Positions 36,573 through 50,689 of a stretch of DNA of 64,000 nt are shown here, one piece after another. The notes under the pieces are model-generated. The model saw only the letters and a program-made list of their open reading frames with translations. It did no database searches and was not told the origin of the DNA. Each line of letters opens with the position of its first letter. Positions within the stretch are counted from its first letter, which is position 1. The position numbers and the translations under genes are program-made. Source of the stretch: Kudoa neothunni (Eukaryota > Animalia > Cnidaria); NCBI GenBank assembly GCA_964304625.1, contig OZ199839.1, positions 2,358,093 to 2,422,092 of the forward strand, written 5' to 3'.

Positions 36573-39501
36573 ATGATGTATAAAAAGATATCTCTTGTGA
36601 TTCTCAGTAAGAATAAAACAAAATTTCTTAACAACAACTTAATTGTAGTTTTGACGATTAATTTACTTTTGGGGGTTGCCTTTTTGGAGTCCAAAAATTT
36701 TACTTATGAAGTTATAAACAATCCGAACTGGATAAAAATCGTCATAAATAGATCCCCTAAAATAAAAAATGGACTTAGATGCGAGATTTCTATGTACAGT
36801 TCAAATGGAAAAACAAACGAAGGAACCTTATGCGTTGATGATAAAGAAAATGGTAACGATCAAGAAGTTAGTGGTTGCCAATTCGAATGTGGTAGTGTCG
36901 CATCTGTTTTATACGATTTCCTATCAGAGCGACCAAAGTACGCCATAATTTCTGTTGCATTAAATTCGCCCAACCCATCAACTAACCCTACTGTTGATAT
37001 ACTTGGATTCGAAATTCGTACGATTATATTTTCTCTACTGAGTACATTATAATAGAATCCATTAGCACCTCTATTTTATCCACAGGTCAAAACGTCTGGT
37101 TTCTATATTTATCTGAATAGTGAGAGGAAAGCTGAAAAAAATGTTTAGATGTTCAATCTACTACAACGATAGAATGTATTATAATAGTGACAACGGTAAA
37201 AATGGATTTGGATCCAATGAATTATCTATTGATACTTTGCTGAATCAATATGTTCCTTATTATGAAATGAGATGCCCCAATCAACCTAGTTTTTATTATT
37301 TTATCCCCAACAAATATATGCGAACGATTTCACCTAGATATCAACCTCAATCTGTAGTAACCAGAATTCGCTCCCCTGACAACAAGATAAAATACAATAT
37401 TATGATTTCAAATTTCTTTCCTCAAGAAATCTGCCACTTTAGTATAAGAGGATTATCTCAAGAAGAACACAAACCAAACGAATACACGTCTTTATGTGGA
37501 CAGAGTTGTGTGTGTTACGGATGTTACGCCCCTTGCCATAACACTCAGCTTTACCTTGAATCATTCCCGGCTGTAGAAACAGCTGTAAGAACTAGACATC
37601 ATAACTTATCAGATAATAATTCTGGATATATACACAAAAATATTGGTACTTATAATTTGCGTCTATAAATCTCATCGAATATTTAGTGTTCAATAATATC
37701 GAAATAATTTCAAATGGAATCTTGTCTGATATAACAAGAAATAGTGTATTATTACACAAAGAAATATTTCTTAAAGGAAATAATGAGCTTCAATATACAA
37801 GCTGCCACACATTTTTACACCCTGGAGACCAACCCAAAATCTGGCTCCAAGATAATTTTGATTGTGAAGGCGCAGGTTGTGAATCCAAATGTGACTTGTT
37901 AAAAATCAAGGATCTTTCTCCTGAAACGTCGTATCAGCTAGATGTTATTGTTGTTGTCGCCATTTATGGTTCGTTCATGGATAAATTCTATTTTGTTACA
38001 AGTAATTTCAAAATAGATAAAAAATATAGGATTACTTATATATTGTTATTATATTAAGAGGGTGAAAAGACAATGAAAAATCATGCATTTTCATTGGATT
38101 ATGGAACAGAAAGGGTGACATTTAAAGGGGAATTTGATAAAACAGACGACGGCCAATATCCTTATACTTGTGAAATTTATATTAGCTCAATGCAGAGCAA
38201 TATATATTATGAAGCCACTTGTATTGACAACCTTCCATGCCGTGGTTATTGTAATGATGAATACACGATTATTGATATTATTTACACCGCTGATTATAAT
38301 ATCAAAATTTTGGTCAATAAAGCACATGAAGAGATAAAAATCCCATGTAATGAAGGATTAAATAAGTGACGAATTGGTTATATTGATGTTTTTAGTTATT
38401 GGTTCACTTCAACTCAGCTACAATTTTATTAATGAAGGCGTAAAAATTCGTGGACATTTTCCTTACGAAATAGCAGCCAATTTTAAATGTCATTATAATG
38501 TTTTCGTGAAACAAGTTGATAAATTTAAATTGATATACACATGTCTTGGTTTTGAGAATATTTTGAAACCAGGGGATCAACATAATTCTATGTTTGTTAT
38601 AAATCAATATGAACGACCTGGTAAGTGTCTAAAAGCTCCACTTTGTGATAGTTTTGATTTTACGACGAACTACAATGAAGAAATGGAATATCTTATTTGC
38701 GTGAAAGCGTTGATGGTTCCACCTATAACCAAATGTATAACGATTCCTAGGGGTAATCATAAATATTCTTTAATTTATTTTAAATTATTTCCACAAAACA
38801 CATTGATTAAATAAACGTTATATAAAAGATAGACCCAAAATTACAACTTTCAAAAATGATGAATACGTTTCAACAAATTCGAAAAATAAGAAAATTATCT
38901 TAAAAGCTATAATTAACGATCAAAAATATGATAATTCGGTAATATTTGATTGGGAATTAAACAATGTAGATTCTGATGTTTTTCCAACTTTGAAACGATT
39001 TCTCAAACCCGACCAAAGTGAATGTACTAAAGATGAATCGTTTTGTATGATCTTCAATGTATCTAATGGCAGTCAAAATAAAACTTATCGTCTTACCACC
39101 CATTATGGAGATGGCTCTTACTACTACGATATTGTAACAATAAAATTAAGTATATACATTTTATTTAATATTTGTAATTATTTTCTTTCCCATAGCTCAA
39201 TATACTATTGCCAAAACGTAATTTTCTACTATTAAATTTAATTAATTGTTTAAATTAGGCCCAAAAAATTACAAGAGTAATCCAATTTTCTTTTATAGTT
39301 GATAATATTAAATAAATATTATTTTTTAGTTACATAATTATCTTTGTCGTTATATTTGAGGGTATAATAATTTTGATAATTACAATCGGCTTGAATTTCC
39401 TTATAAGGTAACACTGCTTATTATATTGTTTATTTTGATTTCAATATAGAAAGCTGAATGCGAATAGCACCATAAAACCCATTTCTGTTAATGAGCTTTG
39501 A
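36573..39501 (+). CDS. R3: type-I membrane Cys-rich FN3-like protein, paralogue of R1
   Basis: Same exon and phase structure. FN3 motif IKDLSPETSYQLDV. TM YIIIFVVIFEGIIILIITIGLNFLI, tail RKLNANSTIKPISVNEL*. Confidence 0.85.
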
Positions 39502-40014
39502 TATTGTTTCAATTATGTCAATTAATATATAATTCTTTATTATTCATTTGGGATTTAAAATATTTATCATTTATTAATCCTTATATTTTTTATTAATTAT
39601 TAATTTTACGAGTTAAACTTGATACGATTATCCAAGTTGATTTCAACACAGTATTTTTTAACTCTACCTTTTTACAAATCTTAATAAATATTAATGGGAA
39701 ATTACCTGGAATATTTTCGACGCGTTAAGTACCAGTATTATTCTCTCATTAAAATAAACTTAATTAAATTATGTTTTTTAAATTTATAACTATGTTTAAG
39801 GCCATGACATATTAATCCTTATTGTTTCGTTGCGATTACATTGATTTTTAGCAGTCTTATAAAATGTTAATTATAAATTTATTTATTTATTTATTAATAT
39901 TTTTTAAGTGACGTTGTCAAATTATAACATTATATTTCATTCGATTAATCCAATTTTTAAATTAAGAATTATTTACTTCCGAATACAAAACAAAATAACA
40001 AAATTATCTGTATA

Positions 40015-40246
40015 CAGTCGTGCCTCGGTGTTGTGTAATAGTCCAATATCTCTTGAATTTGGTCTGTTTTAGTTAAATTGAAAACTACTTTAGATATATT
40101 AATGTTAACATCATAAAATGGATGTAAAAAAATCTTTTTAAATAAACGAAAGTATATATTATTCGATATTTTGAAGTGATTTTGCATTGCGTAGTAAAGT
40201 TGAATCCCCGATTTACTTCGCAACATGCAATATTGAGGTTTGACTG
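40015..40246. mobile_element. pogo/Tigger-like MITE
   Basis: TA|CAGTCGTGCCTCG ... TGAGGTTTGACTG. Confidence 0.5.
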
Positions 40247-41096
40247 CATATACAGAATTTAGTGCACTATAGTTTTAATGATTTTGTTAATCAATTATAT
40301 TTATTTCAAAAAAATTCTACGGAAAATAAATTAAGTTTTTAAAAAAACATCATATATATTTATAATTTTAGTTTTTGATTTTTCAAAAAAATATCAAGAT
40401 AATAAAATTATTTCAATTTACAGAGCCATCTAAACATTTTTTTTAACAAATATTAATTTGAACTTATAATTGAATATTTAAGATATAGATTTACATAGAA
40501 TTTAAACAAATTAAATATCTTAATAGGGGTTTCTGATAATTGGAAATTTAAATTATAAATAGTTTTTATTATTTAAATATTGTAGTTGTGTATACTAGTC
40601 ATTTATTATTTTAATTCGAAGTTAATACAAACAAAATTAAAACATTTAGAAAAAATGAAATTTTACCATTTCATTTTATATTATAAAAAAATGATGTTCA
40701 TTAAACCCACATATTTAATAATTATTATAATTATGCTATTTTTAAAATATCGATAAATAAATTGTATAAACAGAAGAAAATATTCCACACACAGCTTATA
40801 GTTATCATTTTCATTAAACATCGTGTAAATATTCCTATTATTGCTGAAATAATTTGTGAAAGAATTATTCATAACGATTAAGCTTTTAACAAAGAAAATA
40901 TCCTCATAAAATTAATTTCAACGTGAAATCAATAAATCGGTAAGAATCTTGTTTCTTAAAAATTTTTATTCCAATTCAAATATAACTCATAATTTGTTAT
41001 ATTGGTTCAATTTTATGTTTAAAAATATATCTATTCATTATATTAAAAATATGATTTATAAAATTACAAATCTGGTAACTCTTGAAAAATAATTAA

Positions 41097-42417
41097 CCCT
41101 ACGGAGTAAGCGTGGGGTCTTTTAGACTCCATGTGATTTTAACATTGCAAAAACATTTTTCGGTTTAAGCTAACGACTCGTAATTAATTGTTTTTGCATA
41201 TTTTTTACAGACATTATATGGATTTAAATTGTTGAAACGTTGTCTACGTTTTACGAATGATTCTTCAATACCATCGGAGTCGTCTAATGATAGATTTTTT
41301 ATAATTAGAAATGTTACTAGTCTCATAAAATCAATCTTCTTAAAATATTATACTCCAACAGAATATTTAATAATTGACGAAATGCTTTGAGCGTTCAGGG
41401 GCAACTATATTTTTAAACACTACATTCCGTTAAAGCCTGCGAGATGTGGCATAAAAATTTTTAATATGGCTGATGCCAAAACATTCTATACCTTAAATAT
41501 TGAGGTATACCTAGGTGCCTAAAATGTCGGCAATCATAAAGTTGATAACTCACCGGAAAATTTAGCACTGCGATTAGTTGGACCATTATTAGGTTCCGGT
41601 AGAAACGTTACGGTAGATAATTGGTTTTCCTCAGTTCGTCACTTCGAAGAATTATTGAAACATGATATCACTGCATGTGGTACTATTAGAAAAAATAAAA
41701 AGAAGATTCCTCCAGAATTTTTACCATCGAAGACAAAAGAGGTTTATACATCTATGTTTGGCTCTACCAAAGATTTTACATTGCTGTCGTACATTCCGAA
41801 AAAAAAACAAATCCGTCATATTATTGAGTGTTTTTCACCGCAAACCAGTAATCGATTCAAATCGTCCTCAGAAGCTTCCATAAATGATTTTATTTTGTCA
41901 TTCCACCCAGAGAGGTGTAGACACAATCGACCAACTGTGCCCCAATTATTCTACATATAGAACTACCCGAAGATGGCCAGAAGTAATATTTCATGCGCTT
42001 CTAAATGTAGTTTCAATAAATTCATATGTAATTTATTGTTTGCATACGAAGGAAAATATTCGGGGAAAAGAATTCTTAAAATTGTTAGCAATACGATTAC
42101 TAGAACAACAAATGAATCGCAAAAGTACAAATCTATTTATTTAATAATAATATTAATGTAGATGAGGCAAAAACTAAAGAATGTGAACAAATATCTACTG
42201 TTACAGCCAGAAAAAGATGTCATATATGCGATATCTTTAGTGATCGTAAAACGCAATCAAAATGCAATATTTGCAGAAAACATTCTAAAGTTTTATGCAA
42301 CAATTGTTTTGTTAAAAGATGATTATTTTATTAATTAAAACGTTTTATTTTCATTGTGGGGTCTAAAAGACTCCACGCGTGCTCTCGCATAATAATTTTT
42401 GCGTATGATCCGGAGGG
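41097..42417 (+). mobile_element. Internally deleted piggyBac with transposase remnants
   Basis: TTAA|CCCTACGGA...TCCGGAGGG|TTAA. Motifs IIDEML, GRNVTVDNWFSS, GTIRKNK, GVDTIDQLC, TRRWP and a Cys-rich tail. Confidence 0.9.
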
Positions 42418-43040
42418 TTAAGGAAAAATAGATCTAGTTTAACCCATTATAAAGATGCAAAACATTTTTTCTCATTCTGAAGAGCATATAATATAAAATA
42501 AAATTTAAAGGAAATAATTATTTTTAGTTATCTTAAATTTTATTATGTTATATTGTCAAAATAAATAATATTACTTAAAAATAATTGTTATTGCAGTGTG
42601 AAATATTAACAAAATTAAATATTGTTAAACTTCAAAAACAATTAAAATTATATTATTTATGCTGAACAACATCATAAAGTATTTTTAAATATTCATTTGC
42701 GTACAACTAATTATTCCCTAGATTCTTACTTTGTAAAACCACACCAAAATTTAAATAATAGCATTATAAAAAAATATATTTGATAATCCGTTAAATTTCC
42801 ATAATAAAATGTTGCTTAATTTTATAATATAAAATAAACATCATTTTTACAATAAAAGTATGAATGAAATAAAACTCTAAAATTAAGACTAAATCATAAA
42901 TGACAAAATTATATTAATTGAGATTATCATAGGATGTGCTGTTAAACTCGTCGCGTATAAAATCTTCTTATAAAATTTTAATACTTTTAGGTGTAGTAAT
43001 TAATTTCATATTTTCAAAGTGTCGGTAAACACTAAATACA

Positions 43041-45903
43041 ATGAATAGAATCAATCTTATCATATCAGTCGTTATAGTTAGTATATATTTATAAATATTT
43101 ATTGTTTTCCATATCTTATGTATAGCAACCATCACCAATGTATTTGTTAAATCAAGAAGTTTCAACTACGAAATCATCAGACATCACAATACATCTACAT
43201 TTAGACTAAACTTTGGAGACATCGACGAAAGGAATAATAAATGTTTGGTTACTTTAATTAATCCCATAGATTTTATTGTAAGTGGACCACCATGCAAGAT
43301 GATAGCAAGTAAACGGCCGATTTCATACTGCAATACGACATGCGGTACCGAATTGTTGTTCACTTATGATTTACCCTCAAGGAATTCAAAATATGCTGTA
43401 GTTTTAATTTTTACCAACTCCTTTGAAGAGTCGGGGGTAGTTAAGCATATACTTGGTTTTCCAACGCGTACATATATTTATATATACTTAATTATATAAG
43501 ATGAATACAAATTTTAATATTTAGCACTCTTGGCTTATCCGCACGTAGAGATAGATGTTTCGAACAATCAAATTTTAGCTAACATTATAACATATCCTAT
43601 TGGTGATTGTTTTATACATTACAATAATGTAATGCTGCCAGCGTTGAGAAGAAACACTGGATATCCACCAATACTTCAATTGTATAGTAGGATATCGCTC
43701 GATTATTACATGTCACATTGGGAAACAAGATGTACAAGACAGCCTATTTTCTATTACTACTTACCCAACAAATATATCAGATCGACTTTTGAAGTGTACA
43801 GACCCCAATACAATGTGGAATACATATCTTCGTCTGCTGGGGGAAATTATCATTTATACTTTACAAATTCATTCTCTGTAGATATTTGCCACTTCAGTAT
43901 AGGAGGTATAACTAGAGAAGATGAAACACCAGTTGAATACAGCTCGGTTTGTAGTAAAAGTGAAGCGGACAAAGATTGTTACGCTCCTTGTAGGGACGTT
44001 GAGCTTTCTTTAGATCGATTTGAAATTGTGAAAATAGTCATAAGAATAAGACATCATAATATGGGAGATGTAAATTCGGGCTACGTCAATACAAAGTTTG
44101 GTACCATTTATTTGTTTTCATCAATCGGACTTACATAAATTTAGTTTTCAATGCTTTAGAAATTTCTAAACACATGCTGATTTCAAATATTACTAATAGT
44201 AGCGTTGTCCTAGATAAAACGTTATTTAAAATACCAAAACCCGATGTAAATTTCAATTATGAGAGTTGCGACTCGAAGGTTTACTTGGCCAACTCAAACC
44301 AAGCTCGTGCTGATGTAACATTATACTGCGATGATAACATCAATTGTAACACTACGTGCACTCTGATACAAATTGATCGACTGGAGCCAGCTACCATGTA
44401 CCTAATATACATTGAGCTAATTATAAATCCAAACATTCGTCATGTGGAAAAGGTATTCTTTAAAACAAGTATGATAGCCACTGGTTTATACATGATAATT
44501 TAACATGTTAAATAATAGATGGGAATAACGGTTCAGATTTTTTTATCTTAAAAAAAGGAGCTATTCTTAATACGTTTATTATAAGCGGAACTTTACCTAA
44601 ACCACAGCAGGCGCAACTCGAATATACATGTGTTTTTTATGTCAGTCTTATGGAAAGCGACTTATATTATGAGGCAATCTGTGCCAAACTACATTCCTGT
44701 CGTGGATTATGTAATAATGAATACACAATTACTGGAATTGATCCTACTGTTAATTATAAAATAAAAATTGGTTTTCATAAAGTATACAACGACCTGATAT
44801 TACCAAGTATATTATTTCAATCGATTTTATTATAATGTAATTGTATTCATCCCATAGTTAATGACAGCCTTAAACTTAGCTACAGTCTTAATAATGAATC
44901 AATTAAAATCTATGGTTCCTTTCCTATCTCAACAGCATCAAATTATACATGCCATTATAACGTTTTTGTTGAGCACATCGGAGCCTTCCAATTACTTTAC
45001 ACTTGCCTCATGGACATGAATTTTATCCCATCCACTATCAGGAATGATTACAACATTACAAATGTTACTGGGGACGTTAAAAAGACATGTTTGGCGCCTC
45101 CTTCTTGCGAATATTTTGATTTGGTTGATTACTACAATCGATCCAAGGAATATCTTGTCTGTGTGAAATCATTCGTAGAGGCATCCGAACCTAAATGCAT
45201 AACAATTTCACAAGGTAATTAAAAAATAAAAATTTAATTCTCTATTAATAAATAATACGATTATTATTACCAATATAATTACAGACCAAACAAAATTAAA
45301 TGTAATTGTTTCACGGGGTCAAAACTACGCGAATGTTACCGTGTTGCTCCCAAAACAACTAAGACTAAGGGATCAAGTGGCGAAATGTTACTGGAAGTTG
45401 ACAGCAGTATATGCCGCTAAAGTTACCGTGACGAAGCAATGTTTAAAAACTAATATCTTTGATTGTGGCGGGAGCATTCCGCTTTGTAGCAATTTTTCAA
45501 TTTTCGATATCGACCCTTATCGTAGCTATAATTTGATTGTCTATTATATGAAAGACGAGAATATCAATGGATCTACTGTTATAAGGAAAAGTAACCAGTT
45601 AATGTAAATTTTATTTAGATTTTATATAGAAATAGTAGAATATGAGCCTGCTTCTTCAATGTCTAGAAGTGCAAAAGTACAGCCTGTGAAGTAAAATACC
45701 CATTTCGTATGTCTTTTATTCTTGTTTAGGTCAAAAAACAAACTAAAGTAGAATATACAATTTCACGTTTTTACTTATATATATATATATATATATTTAG
45801 AATAATAATTCCTATCACTATCATGACAACCGCTGTTGTAGTCGGTTGTGTGGTTACTATCTGGTTGTTATACAGAAAACCTAGTTATCACTTATTTATT
45901 TAA
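43041..45903 (+). CDS. R4: type-I membrane Cys-rich FN3-like protein, the most divergent paralogue
   Basis: Same exon and phase structure. Signal MNRINLIISVVIV. FN3 motif IDRLEPATMYLIYI. TM IIIPITIMTTAVVVGCVVTIWLLY followed by RKP. The exact 3' end is uncertain. Confidence 0.82.
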
Positions 45904-47007
45904 TCTAATTCATATTTTACCAACCGTATGAAAGATTAGTTGTTATTCATTCTTATCTTCTACTTAATTTTTCCTATTCTGATTAATTATAAATAATTAT
46001 TTTACTTCCATTTACATATTTATATTCATTTGTTATCTTTTTGATAAAAAATTAAAGCAACAAAAATTTAAGAGGAAAATTTTTAAAATTACATAATAGC
46101 GTGAAAAATTGTTAATTTTATTTTTAGTAAATTTTAAATAATATCCATCAAAAACCAACATTTATTAAAATATATACAACAAAATTAATGATCGGAAACT
46201 AATGAACTTAATTATTGATTTTAAATCCATTAAATTAAAAAAATGCTAACCAAACATCATATTGGTGCGTGAGGAATTCGAAGGTTTGTAGACAGCTATC
46301 TGTCGTAGGAATATTATTTTTTCATTGTAATTGTTTTACGTGACTAATTTATGATTAAATGAAATAAACATATTTATTTAGGACATTTATGGTAATACTT
46401 AGAACGAATTTTGTTTAAAACTTGCGTGAAACCCTGGCTGGCGTTTCCCGGTTATACAAATATTTTGAGTTGAAGAATCCCTTTAAAATCATTTAAAAAA
46501 TACGTTAATACTCTCAGTGAACCCATAGAAAGGAAGAAACTATAATATTTTTAAAATATTATACTTCTAACAATTGTGATGCATGAAATTATAATTAAGA
46601 TCATTTTGTGAAAATAATAAAATTGCAAAAAATATGCAGCTAGAAGATAACTTAAGAAAATTATTTTTTAGCTCAAATTAATTACATTTTATCCGATATA
46701 GGCTATAATATAATCTTGACTACAACATAATTACGCTGCACAAAATATGAACCAAAAATATTAAATAATTAGATAAAGTAAAACTAAAACGTCGTTATTG
46801 AATTTCCTTGCTGGAAATTTAATTTAACATGTGGCTACAAATAAATCTAAGGTCATAGACCTAAAATTAGAAGACTTTAATCGACCTAATTATGATATGC
46901 ATTACCAATACATCATTAAATAAGCAGTTTTAAGCCATTTTATTACATTAAAACAATTAACCAAAATTCTCAAAGTGTGCTTGTCAAGTAATATATATTT
47001 ATGAGTC

Positions 47008-47047
<40 letters not shown>

Positions 47048-49139
47048 AATGTATTTGCGTACATAATATAAAATGCAAATTAATTTCTGTATACAGATAG
47101 ATGTCAATTTTAAATTAACGTTTGATTATAACATGTAAGAAAAACGTTAACTTCAATTATCACCTTCAGATAAGCGATTTTAATTTTATTAAATTAAATT
47201 TAACTCCTAATGAATTGAGGATAATCCTATAATCGAACTTTAAAATCCGCTCAATGAATTTAAAACCGGTAAAATAAGTATTTCATTTTTACTTTTAGAG
47301 ACTTTCATGATGCCACGACAATTAAAATAATTCCCCCATATCTTTAATGATTAGAAAATTCATCAATATTTGTCTACACGAAAAAATTCTCGCGCATGCA
47401 TACTGGCGTCCACTCACAGGACTGCCAGGGCTGAGATTTTTTATGGCCACCTTGGGTTTTTGGGGGTTTTTATTGAAAACCTGAAAACTTTAAAGAATAA
47501 CACAATTTTATTATGTACGGCATTATAAATTTATATTTTTAATGTCGTATCCTATTCAGATTATATCATGCAGAAGTGTTTCCCAATTAAAATTGGACTC
47601 GCACCCGCTTTCATACGATAAGGTGTATCCGACTCAAAATTCCTCAAAAATCATTTTCTGTTGTGATCGAATCTCGCGTCCCCAAGCCCACAGTTCACAC
47701 CCTTAGGGATGCGGGAACCAATGTCATGCAGGGTTTAAACATATGCGATATTTGATGATAGCACATTAGATCGTTTAATATGACACGATTATATAATTTC
47801 TCAGTAAACATTGTCGTACATTATTAGAAAATTTAAACGTTATTTCAAAAGATATTTTGAATTATGAAATAATTAATTGTGAATGTATTGACCAACACGC
47901 GACATTAACTATGGGTGAGTGTTCGTGCCAAAACATCGCAATCATACGACGATAAATTTAAATTTAATGTTCGAAGACGTAATTATTGAATTGGAAGAGG
48001 GTTAAAAACTTTTATAGATACAATTCTATTTTTTTGTTGTACTTTAAAGTAGTGTTTTTCTCGACCTTGGGTTTTTTATACTCCACTGGAAGTCCTGAAC
48101 ACACAACCACGCGGACAACTTAGCTCTGTGTATATAATGGATAGTAGATAGATGTAGGAATAATAATATTTTTGGTATTAAAATCTGTCTGATTTAGATT
48201 TCTAATCTTTTCGATAATTTTTCGATGAATGGGAGATATTTTGCGAATTGTTACTAATCAGCATCTAGTTTGTAAAATGTTCGCTTACGCTATTTAATTA
48301 ATAGTTTTAAATAAATATTGTGAAGGAGTGTGACCCTGAGGATAAATATCAATCGGAAAAAATAAGTTAATTCTCATTTTTCTTACTTTTGCTCATTTTT
48401 AATACATTAATCTAGAATTTATTTATAATTACAGCTTAGCTATCGAGTTAATAGAAATATGTTATTTTTTTAATTATTATATTTTTACTTTATCTATTAT
48501 TCAATTTTGTGTTATTTTTTTACAATAGTTTTTATCTTGAGAAATACTATTTGGAATCATAGATTGATATTTATTTAATTATATATTATTTTTTATTTTC
48601 AGACATTAAATTTTTTAGTAAAAATATACAAAAAATATTTAAGTTACTAATTTTCTAATTCCTGCAAAATATTAATAAATTTAAGATGATAAAATAAATT
48701 ATCAATTAGTGACCAACAATATAATAGATTCCATTTTAAAATTAAATATATTGTATATAATTTACTTTTCTTATTTTATCTTATTCATCAAACTACTTGA
48801 TATATTTTTAATATGTGGCTAATAAAAATATTATAAATTTTACATAATGGCAGTAAAACTAGAAGTTGAGAGAAAATTTCAATAGACACCCTTCAAAACG
48901 CCAACGAATTAACATAAAGCAAGTAAAATATATATTAAAAAAAAGTTCGTTACCTATATGATTCAAATTTGACAATGCACTTTCGTTCGTCCGTGTTCCT
49001 GACATCATTTTGGTTAGATTTTAGATTGTTTCGTGATTCGTTCGTGTACATTCACAAACTATTGTTATTGTTGTGTGTTACATGTTACGTTCGTGTTCGT
49101 GCCACCGTGACAGTTTGAAATTAGTCGTTTATCAATATA

Positions 49140-50186
49140 CCGTCGAATCCCATTTATCCGAAAATCTCGCTATCCGAATGATTTTTTAAAATGTATTGGA
49201 GAATAAAGTAGATTCTAAATAAAAAAATTTCGTTTAATCGAAATTTCATCAACCGCAATCCAAACAATTTTTTTTTGAATTTTCGGATAAAAATGCCTTG
49301 AGGTCTGAATTAGTGCCTGGTTAAAATGACATCTACCTGTATTTGATTGATACAGATGTTCGTTATTGATTCAATTTAAGTTTATGTTCGATTAATATAT
49401 ATAGCGTAACGTAGATAATGTAGTATTTTATGCTCAAAATGCAACCATGTTCACGATGAACGAATAAATGTTGGGTAAAGACAAACTCTCTTATATATTC
49501 TCATGATTTATAAAATATAAAAATGGAATTTGTTGGATTGTTTAATCACAAACTAGCAGTGACTTCATAAGACCAATTTATCCGTGGAATTGTTCCAATT
49601 CAACAATGTTCACACATCAGTTTTCCCCATAACATCTCCAATTTTAAGTCTTGTTGAGTCTTAGCAATCATTAATCAATGTCAAATTGTTGGAGTATGAT
49701 ATATTTTCATTAATAAGGAAATTCCAAATATCGTTATGGAGAATTCGGGGAAAATACTCCTCATTGTTACTTTATTATTCTTGCCATCATTATAAGTAAA
49801 GCTCAAAATGTTAAAATAGGGAAGAAATTATAAATAAAATAAAAATAGTCCATTTTTTAGAATCTAGAATGTATCGTTCTAATATGGCGCAGCGGAGTTA
49901 AGGTAGCACATATCGGTAGTATGCGTACGCCGACTTCGTTGGATCTAGAACTACTGTACCTTAAACTAATGTTTTCACATTGTATTCACTAGTATACCTT
50001 ATACATAGTAGTGTTTTCTTTAAAAATATATAAAAAACATTGAATAATGAAAAATAAAGTATGTAACCAACCTACAATTCTTCCCTGACGCACATGCGCA
50101 TTAATCAAACTTTGTTTAACCGAAATTTCAGTATCAGAAAGGAAAATGCCAGGTCCCAACATTTTCCGATAAACGGGGTTCGACTG
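49140..50186. mobile_element. pogo/Tigger-like non-autonomous element
   Basis: TA|CCGTCGAATCCCATTTATCCGAAAAT ... ATTTTCCGATAAACGGGGTTCGACTG|TA. Confidence 0.75.
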
Positions 50187-50689
50187 TACTTCTTTTTTTT
50201 AAAAAAGGAATTTTTGATTACTATATTGAGAGTATATGTATGAAGTTACAGGGTCGAACTAGCACTTGGGATTTCATTGACTATAGATGTACCTCGTTTA
50301 TAATGAATCTTTTAATTAAATTTCTTAAAAATATACTACAATCTTTTAATTTAGTGAATTCAGGTGGTTGGTTATTGTTAAAATTGAAGTAATTGAGTTC
50401 TAGATCAAATAATAAGGTAAGATTAAGCATCTAAAAACAACCTTTTGGACGTCATTTTTTGTCTAATCATAAGCGATTGTTTATAATTAAATAAATGAAT
50501 CTCTAAAACAAAGTTTCAGCTAATTGTTATAACTTCTAATTTCGTTACAAAATGCCGAATACAACATCATCGGCATATGCAAAATCTCCGTTAAGTTTCA
50601 AACAACCAACAAGAACTCACTCTATTATTTCTACATTGACTTCTAAATTAATTATATAGTAGGTAGCCGATAATTCGTAATTATTTCTA

